Origin: a virus
Lineage: Duplodnaviria; Caudoviricetes
Direction: 5' to 3' (one strand)
IMG/VR virus record: IMGVR_UViG_3300038679_000051
Coordinates: 192,001-256,000 of that record
Length of the DNA: 64,000 nt
Part shown: one piece after another, positions 59,622 through 64,000 of the stretch
How the letters are laid out: each line of letters starts with the position of its first letter
Position numbering within the stretch: position 1 is the stretch's first letter
The notes under the pieces: model-generated
What the model was told of the DNA's origin: nothing
What the model saw: only the letters and a program-made list of their open reading frames with translations
Database searches by the model: none
Translations under genes and position numbers: made by a program

Positions 59622-59664
59622 GATAAAGAAAAGGGGAGGCGATAAACCTCCCTTTTTCTTTATC
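59622..59664 (+). terminator. Intrinsic (probably bidirectional) terminator after sheath
   Basis: gataaagaaaaggggagg-cgataaa-cctccctttttctttatc inverted repeat with T-tract. Confidence 0.85.
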
Positions 59665-59700
59665 GGAATTATTGCAAAGCATACATAACAGGAGATTGGT

Positions 59701-60141
59701 ATGAAATTGAAGATGCTTTACGAAAATCTAAAGAAAGAGTATGATAAAGATAAACACGAAAATTTAGAGGCCATTGCAGAAATAGCAGGTGCATATATCA
59801 TTAAAAAAGACCGAGACGAATTTTATTCAAATAATCCGAGAGCATGGATGACTGATGATCCAAATTTAAAAGACGAGCGTGGTAATATCATAGCAAAATG
59901 GTATTTGGTGGATTTGGGTGAATCTGGTCCAAGACCAGAACCAGAGGCATGGTGGGCACACGAGAAATATCGATTGGGCGATCCACACAGGAAAAATGAC
60001 TTCTACATCAAATCATTGCAAGTTAATCCCCCTGATCCAATATATGACCGGGGACTTGGCGGATTTCAATTTTATCCTAAAGATTTCTGGAAACAAGAAG
60101 GAATAAAATTTGGATTTGGGAACGATACAATCAGTTTCTAA
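59701..60141 (+). CDS. Hypothetical protein with MKLKMLYE N-terminus
   Basis: 146 aa; AGGAG RBS. Confidence 0.7.
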   Translation: MKLKMLYENLKKEYDKDKHENLEAIAEIAGAYIIKKDRDEFYSNNPRAWMTDDPNLKDERGNIIAKWYLVDLGESGPRPEPEAWWAHEKYRLGDPHRKNDFYIKSLQVNPPDPIYDRGLGGFQFYPKDFWKQEGIKFGFGNDTISF

Positions 60142-60215
60142 GAGACGGCACATCCAACCACACAACCACATAAACAACAAAACATTTACGAGCTTGTGTG
60201 AGGTATTTAAATGAT

Positions 60216-60291
60216 GCGTGTGAAGCATAGTGATCGATGCGCCTGACTACCAGTTGGGAGAGGGGAGTGTAATTCTCGCCCACACGCTCCA
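60216..60291 (+). tRNA. Non-canonical tRNA-Gly-like element (anticodon ACC, encoded CCA)
   Basis: Acceptor GCGTGTG/CACACGC + T + CCA; D stem GCAT/ATGC; anticodon stem CCTGA/TTGGG with loop CTACCAG; T stem GG.GAG/CTC(G)CC with loop TGTAATT; 76 nt. Confidence 0.8.
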
Positions 60292-60495
60292 AAACGTCAT
60301 TTTGTGCAGCCTACTTGGTACGGAAGACCAAGTAAAAGCGCGGATAACAATTCCTAAGGGCGAAACAGTGAACAGTGCAGGCCCGCGACGAAGGAAAGTC
60401 GGCAACTAAACCCCTTCACCCGGTGGGCAGGAACATTTACCGTAAGTCAAACCATTGCGGACTTGTTGAAACCGGGTAAATTTTTAAATAGGGGT
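60292..60495 (+). ncRNA. Candidate structured non-coding RNA downstream of tRNA-like element
   Basis: GC-rich ORF-free gap with hairpins tacttggt/accaagta, cgac/gtcg and nested acccggt/accgggt enclosing aagtc/gactt. Confidence 0.4.
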
Positions 60496-60500
60496 GCAAA

Positions 60501-60776
60501 ATGCCATTATTTGTCGATTTAGAAGGTGTGATGGGCGGAGAATTAGAGGGACCGCTTGTGGGCACAGTCCAACAGGCAATGACGTCTTTAAAGACATCTC
60601 GGATTGTCAGTGGGGCTGGCGATAATGGGGCATGGCACGTTTATGTTCGAGACGATGACAAGTATGTTTGTTGTTTTTATCGTCACTTTACAAAAATAAA
60701 CGAAATGACTTTTACATCAAAAACTCAAGTGAGAATGTGGTTGCGGGAATGGTTGCCGAGAATACAGCACCAATAA
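60501..60776 (+). CDS. Hypothetical protein
   Basis: 91 aa; GGGGTG RBS. Confidence 0.6.
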   Translation: MPLFVDLEGVMGGELEGPLVGTVQQAMTSLKTSRIVSGAGDNGAWHVYVRDDDKYVCCFYRHFTKINEMTFTSKTQVRMWLREWLPRIQHQ

Positions 60777-60795
60777 CTTGGTGGGGAGGGCACAA

Positions 60796-61014
60796 ATGTT
60801 CAGCATAAGAGAGAAGAGAGAAATTTCGGATGCCGTGCAAAAGATTCTGCGAGCAACAAATCATCCGGAATTGCCATCGGGTGAGATTCAGTTTCATTTA
60901 CATGTAGTTGGTGCAGAATCATGGTCATGGGCGGACATTCTCAATAATGGGGCGGTGGTAACGCCTGGACGCAATCCATGGAATGAATCGCAAGATAAGG
61001 AAGCAGTGATATGA
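60796..61014 (+). CDS. Hypothetical protein
   Basis: 72 aa; GGGAGG RBS. Confidence 0.65.
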   Translation: MFSIREKREISDAVQKILRATNHPELPSGEIQFHLHVVGAESWSWADILNNGAVVTPGRNPWNESQDKEAVI

Positions 61015-61472
61015 TATCAGTTTCTATTAAGAACATGCTGGATACCAAAAATGTCACAAATCTTGTTGGGAACATTATAAAAAATACGATATTTAGCATG
61101 GGCGTTGATACGAACAGCAGTCCTATATCCGGTCAATTCAAAGACGTGCAGAGAAATTTATTGGTGGACATTGATAAGGATGATCTTGACAATTTAATGT
61201 CATTAGCCGTCAGACAATATAGCGAGACTGAAGGTGAGATTATGGAAAAATTCCTGCGATTCGACCGAAACGTTGCTGCTGTAAAAGGATATATACCAAG
61301 ACAAAAAGTCATTGAATCTTTTTGTGTATTGCTGATATATAATCGCATCAGAGAAGAAATCTGCTCGGCGGTAATGTCGAATACGATCCATGATGTGCAT
61401 GTTCCAATTGAATTACCAAGATCAGCAGAATGTGTACAATTCAATCTTGTGCTAGCTGAAACAGGCAATTGA
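61011..61472 (+). CDS. Hypothetical protein
   Basis: 153 aa; ATGA coupling. Confidence 0.6.
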   Translation: MISVSIKNMLDTKNVTNLVGNIIKNTIFSMGVDTNSSPISGQFKDVQRNLLVDIDKDDLDNLMSLAVRQYSETEGEIMEKFLRFDRNVAAVKGYIPRQKVIESFCVLLIYNRIREEICSAVMSNTIHDVHVPIELPRSAECVQFNLVLAETGN

Positions 61473-61502
61473 CTAGAAATGATGTGATGATAAAAAAGAG
61501 AC

Positions 61503-61757
61503 ATGAGATACCGCGTCGATTTCAGCAGATTGGCTAGGACGGAAGATGAAGTCATGAAACATAAATTAGTCAGGGAATTCGTAGATGCATTATTCCAAAC
61601 GTATAATCTGAATCGTAAGGAACATCTTCCAGATGGACATATATTGGATGAAATATTCATCGAAGAGGATCGTGATCTATCGGGGATGGACATAATGAAC
61701 GAGCATGTGATTCCGGCATATCCTGAGGCGAAATTGCAATCATGGGATAAATGGTAA
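61503..61757 (+). CDS. Hypothetical protein
   Basis: 84-aa ORF. Confidence 0.55.
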   Translation: MRYRVDFSRLARTEDEVMKHKLVREFVDALFQTYNLNRKEHLPDGHILDEIFIEEDRDLSGMDIMNEHVIPAYPEAKLQSWDKW

Positions 61758-62116
61758 TGATCAAGATGATAGTTGCTGGCAGCAGGGCGTTCGTTGATTA
61801 TGGATTTCTTAAAAAACAATTAGATGAATTCCTTTCATGTTTGTCAGATTCAGACGTTACAATAATATCTGGAATGGCTAAGGGTGCGGACATACTTGCT
61901 GTTAGATATGCCGAGGAACATCATTTACCAATCATCAAAATGCCCGCTGATTGGATTAAACATGGCAGAAGTGCAGGATATAATAGAAATTTAGAAATGG
62001 CCAAAATTGCCACACATTTAGTGGCGTTTTGGAACGGCAAATCACGGGGCACGAAGCATATGATCGACATTGCCGTTTTAAAGGGGTTGACGACTAAAGT
62101 AATCATCGTACCCTGA
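61751..62116 (+). CDS. YspA-like SLOG family protein (DUF2493-type)
   Basis: IVAGSRAF, ISGMAKGADILA, AGYNRNLEMA, AFWNGKSRGTKHMI. Confidence 0.9.
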   Translation: MVMIKMIVAGSRAFVDYGFLKKQLDEFLSCLSDSDVTIISGMAKGADILAVRYAEEHHLPIIKMPADWIKHGRSAGYNRNLEMAKIATHLVAFWNGKSRGTKHMIDIAVLKGLTTKVIIVP

Positions 62117-62196
62117 TGTATGACGATGCGTGAAGCATAGGGATGTATTTAATGCTGGGGTGGGTATGCCTACGCTTCATTTGAAGAAAGGAGGAG

Positions 62197-62448
62197 ATGA
62201 TGAATGCTGTTGATGAAATACAGAAAAGAATAATTCTGACGAAAATTAGAAAGATGCTTGATGAAAAATTGAAGTTAGAAATAACTGAGATGACTGAGAC
62301 AAAGAAGATAGAACAGCAGATAAACCAAGCTGTAACGTTTTTTAGTGAGAAATATCCGCAAGTTGAATTTAAGGTTCAGACCGACACTGTCGATGGGAAA
62401 CTGCAATATACGATAGATATATGGTTAGAAACTGAGACGATCGATTAA
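62197..62448 (+). CDS. Hypothetical protein
   Basis: 83 aa; AAGGAGG RBS. Confidence 0.6.
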   Translation: MMNAVDEIQKRIILTKIRKMLDEKLKLEITEMTETKKIEQQINQAVTFFSEKYPQVEFKVQTDTVDGKLQYTIDIWLETETID

Positions 62449-62990
62449 CGCACCCTGATGTGTTTTTTCAAACCTTCAGCAGTTGCGCCAGGCGTCAAGA
62501 CTAAGCTGATCGGCATCGTCCACCAATTTCCAACTTCTTCTACAGTGATGGTTTCGTCGGCCAATTCATCTTCATCGACGTCAGCTAATTCTTCATTTAA
62601 GAAATCAACAATGTTGCTCAATTCATTGTCGGTAAATTTCGTCATCTGAAAATTATGATCTTGCACTCGTATCCATCCCATATGATCCATCGCGTAATCA
62701 CGTGGGTCCGACCCGTCTTTCAACCATTCTATGGCTTCCTCATTTGCATCATTTTGACGCAACCATGCGATGGCCTCATCAGACAACGGTGTCATTATTT
62801 CCATTTGTGGTGCCGATGCATCCTCAAAAGCGCTGATACCTAAGGCCGCTTCAAATGCCGCCATAGCATGATTATAATCACCTATGTCGCCGTCGGCAAA
62901 CGTTGCCATGCCACTGTCGTCAATCCACCATTCGCCCCTCAACGACGATTCATTGAGAATGATTGGTTTGTATAATCTAGTGATCTTCAT
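62445..62990 (-). CDS. Acidic hypothetical protein, possible internal head protein
   Basis: MKITRLYKPIILNES N-terminus; 181 aa. Confidence 0.65.
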   Translation of the reverse strand: MKITRLYKPIILNESSLRGEWWIDDSGMATFADGDIGDYNHAMAAFEAALGISAFEDASAPQMEIMTPLSDEAIAWLRQNDANEEAIEWLKDGSDPRDYAMDHMGWIRVQDHNFQMTKFTDNELSNIVDFLNEELADVDEDELADETITVEEVGNWWTMPISLVLTPGATAEGLKKHIRVR

Positions 62991-63061
62991 ATGGTATTTT
63001 TTGTTCGTATTTTAATGATTTTTCGTCATTACAATTTCCGTCAAAGATATTACAGACCAGA

Positions 63062-63601
63062 ATGGAGGATTTAAACATGCCAGGATTCACGATTCAGGGT
63101 GGTGAAAACGATGGTGGCCAAATAGTCAGCAATACGGTTGAAACCCGTAGAAATCACCGTTGGCGATGGACGTCAATGGGTAATGCCGTCCAGCCGGACG
63201 TTCTGATTTTGTTGCAGAAATGTCAGCGTCCGAAATTTACTAACGCTGAACCCGAATTGCATCACAATCAAGAAGTAGCCTATTTCATCGGCAAACAAAC
63301 ATGGGATCCGATTGAGATGGCATTCTACGATGCCGAACAACAACCAGATTGTTCAAGAGAAATCTGGAAATGGTTGAAGATTGGTAATTTACTCGATCAA
63401 GCAAACGTCAGCATACCGAAAACGTATAAGAAACGTGGACAGTTGGATATGGTGGATGGTAAAGGCAGCGAAACCGAAACGTGGTTCGTCCATGGTGCAT
63501 GGCCGAAAGAAGTCAGTTATTCTGAGAACGATTATACGAATACTGAAATTGCACTAATCACGGTAAGTCTGCGCTATGATCGTGCAGAAAAAACGAAATA
63601 A
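63062..63601 (+). CDS. Tail tube protein (T4 gp19-like)
   Basis: RWRW..QRPKF..YFIGKQTWDPIEMAFYD..YKKRGQLDMVDG..W.VHGAWP..LRYDRA. Confidence 0.9.
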   Translation: MEDLNMPGFTIQGGENDGGQIVSNTVETRRNHRWRWTSMGNAVQPDVLILLQKCQRPKFTNAEPELHHNQEVAYFIGKQTWDPIEMAFYDAEQQPDCSREIWKWLKIGNLLDQANVSIPKTYKKRGQLDMVDGKGSETETWFVHGAWPKEVSYSENDYTNTEIALITVSLRYDRAEKTK

Positions 63602-63647
63602 TAATTCGTTTAATTAAATTCAGAAACATTCAACGTATTTTAATCAA

Positions 63648-64000
63648 ATGATCGATTGGAATAAAACTAAACAAAAATTTGGATTGACTGAATCTATCGT
63701 AACCAGTAAATCACTGGTCGTAGTAGTATGTGATGAATGTAAATCAGAACGAGTCATAAAATATGTTGGACATAAAACCATCATCAAAGCCCATGGTAAT
63801 TCATTGTGTTCGTCGTGTCGTAGTAAAAGCATAAGAGTGATTCACGCTGAGGCATTTACTAAATCAGATGTGAAACGAGCGGAGACGTTGTCTAGAACAT
63901 ATAAAAAGAAATGGCAGGATAAGAAATATAGGAAGACACAACATGAAATAAGGAATAATGATTATCGTTCTAAGATCAGTAATGCATCTAAACAATGTTG
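63648..64000 (+). CDS. Homing-endonuclease-like protein, N-terminal part (3' truncated by window), not in ORF track
   Basis: MIDWNKT..VVVVCDEC..LCSSC..KKKWQDKKY..SKISNASK; same basic repeats as 19025 and 47676 genes. Confidence 0.6.
   Translation, partial: MIDWNKTKQKFGLTESIVTSKSLVVVVCDECKSERVIKYVGHKTIIKAHGNSLCSSCRSKSIRVIHAEAFTKSDVKRAETLSRTYKKKWQDKKYRKTQHEIRNNDYRSKISNASKQC

Noticed and set aside
60216-60291. Ordinary translational tRNA-Gly
   Set aside because: It lacks U8, D-loop GG and TTC in the T-loop and has a T-stem bulge; reported instead as a non-canonical element.
62111-62175. Hammerhead ribozyme (CTGATG core)
   Set aside because: CTGATGT rather than CTGANGA, and no GAAA box at a compatible position.
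330-63832. Many 60-340-aa ORFs antisense to or overlapping long genes (e.g. 30022-31029, 21732-22349, 58418-59044, 61133-61819)
   Set aside because: Shadow frames of strongly supported genes, with no RBS or motifs.
1-64000. Alternative genetic code (TAG/TGA reassignment), as in some jumbo phages
   Set aside because: All core genes are full length in code 11 and end in TAA, TGA or TAG; coding density is high.
1-64000. CRISPR array
   Set aside because: No regularly spaced 25-45-nt repeats with unique spacers seen; the repeats found are pairs or short tandem units.

Overview
This window is a 64-kb piece of a large T4-like contractile-tailed (jumbo-type) bacteriophage genome in the standard genetic code. 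Head module: terminase, portal, prohead protease, scaffold, major capsid protein. Tail module: tape measure, baseplate hub/spike/wedge, gp13/14/15-like neck proteins, sheath and tube. Replication and transcription genes: class II RNR NrdJ, UvsW-like helicase, primase, a gp55-like late sigma and a sigma70-like factor. Accessory islands: a three-domain glycosyltransferase, Gmd, a DHH phosphoesterase, a SLOG protein, a vWA fusion operon, an ADP-ribosyltransferase-like protein and free-standing homing endonucleases. The most notable finding is a 76-nt tRNA-Gly-like element at 60216-60291, absent from the ORF track. It keeps the GlyRS identity elements and an encoded CCA but has an ACC anticodon, a bulged T-stem and a non-canonical T-loop. 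The same region carries a Mom-like GNAT DNA-modification domain fused to an endonuclease and a second, broken Mom-like gene. Together these suggest (inference) a DNA hypermodification system with its own glycyl-tRNA donor kept out of translation. Also notable: a shared N-terminal MKLxxL(H/Y/F)E head-targeting-like motif on unrelated proteins, a structured non-coding region after the tRNA-like element, two long perfect palindromes, and two candidate promoter motifs. All protein assignments come from motif recognition by eye; no searches were run.
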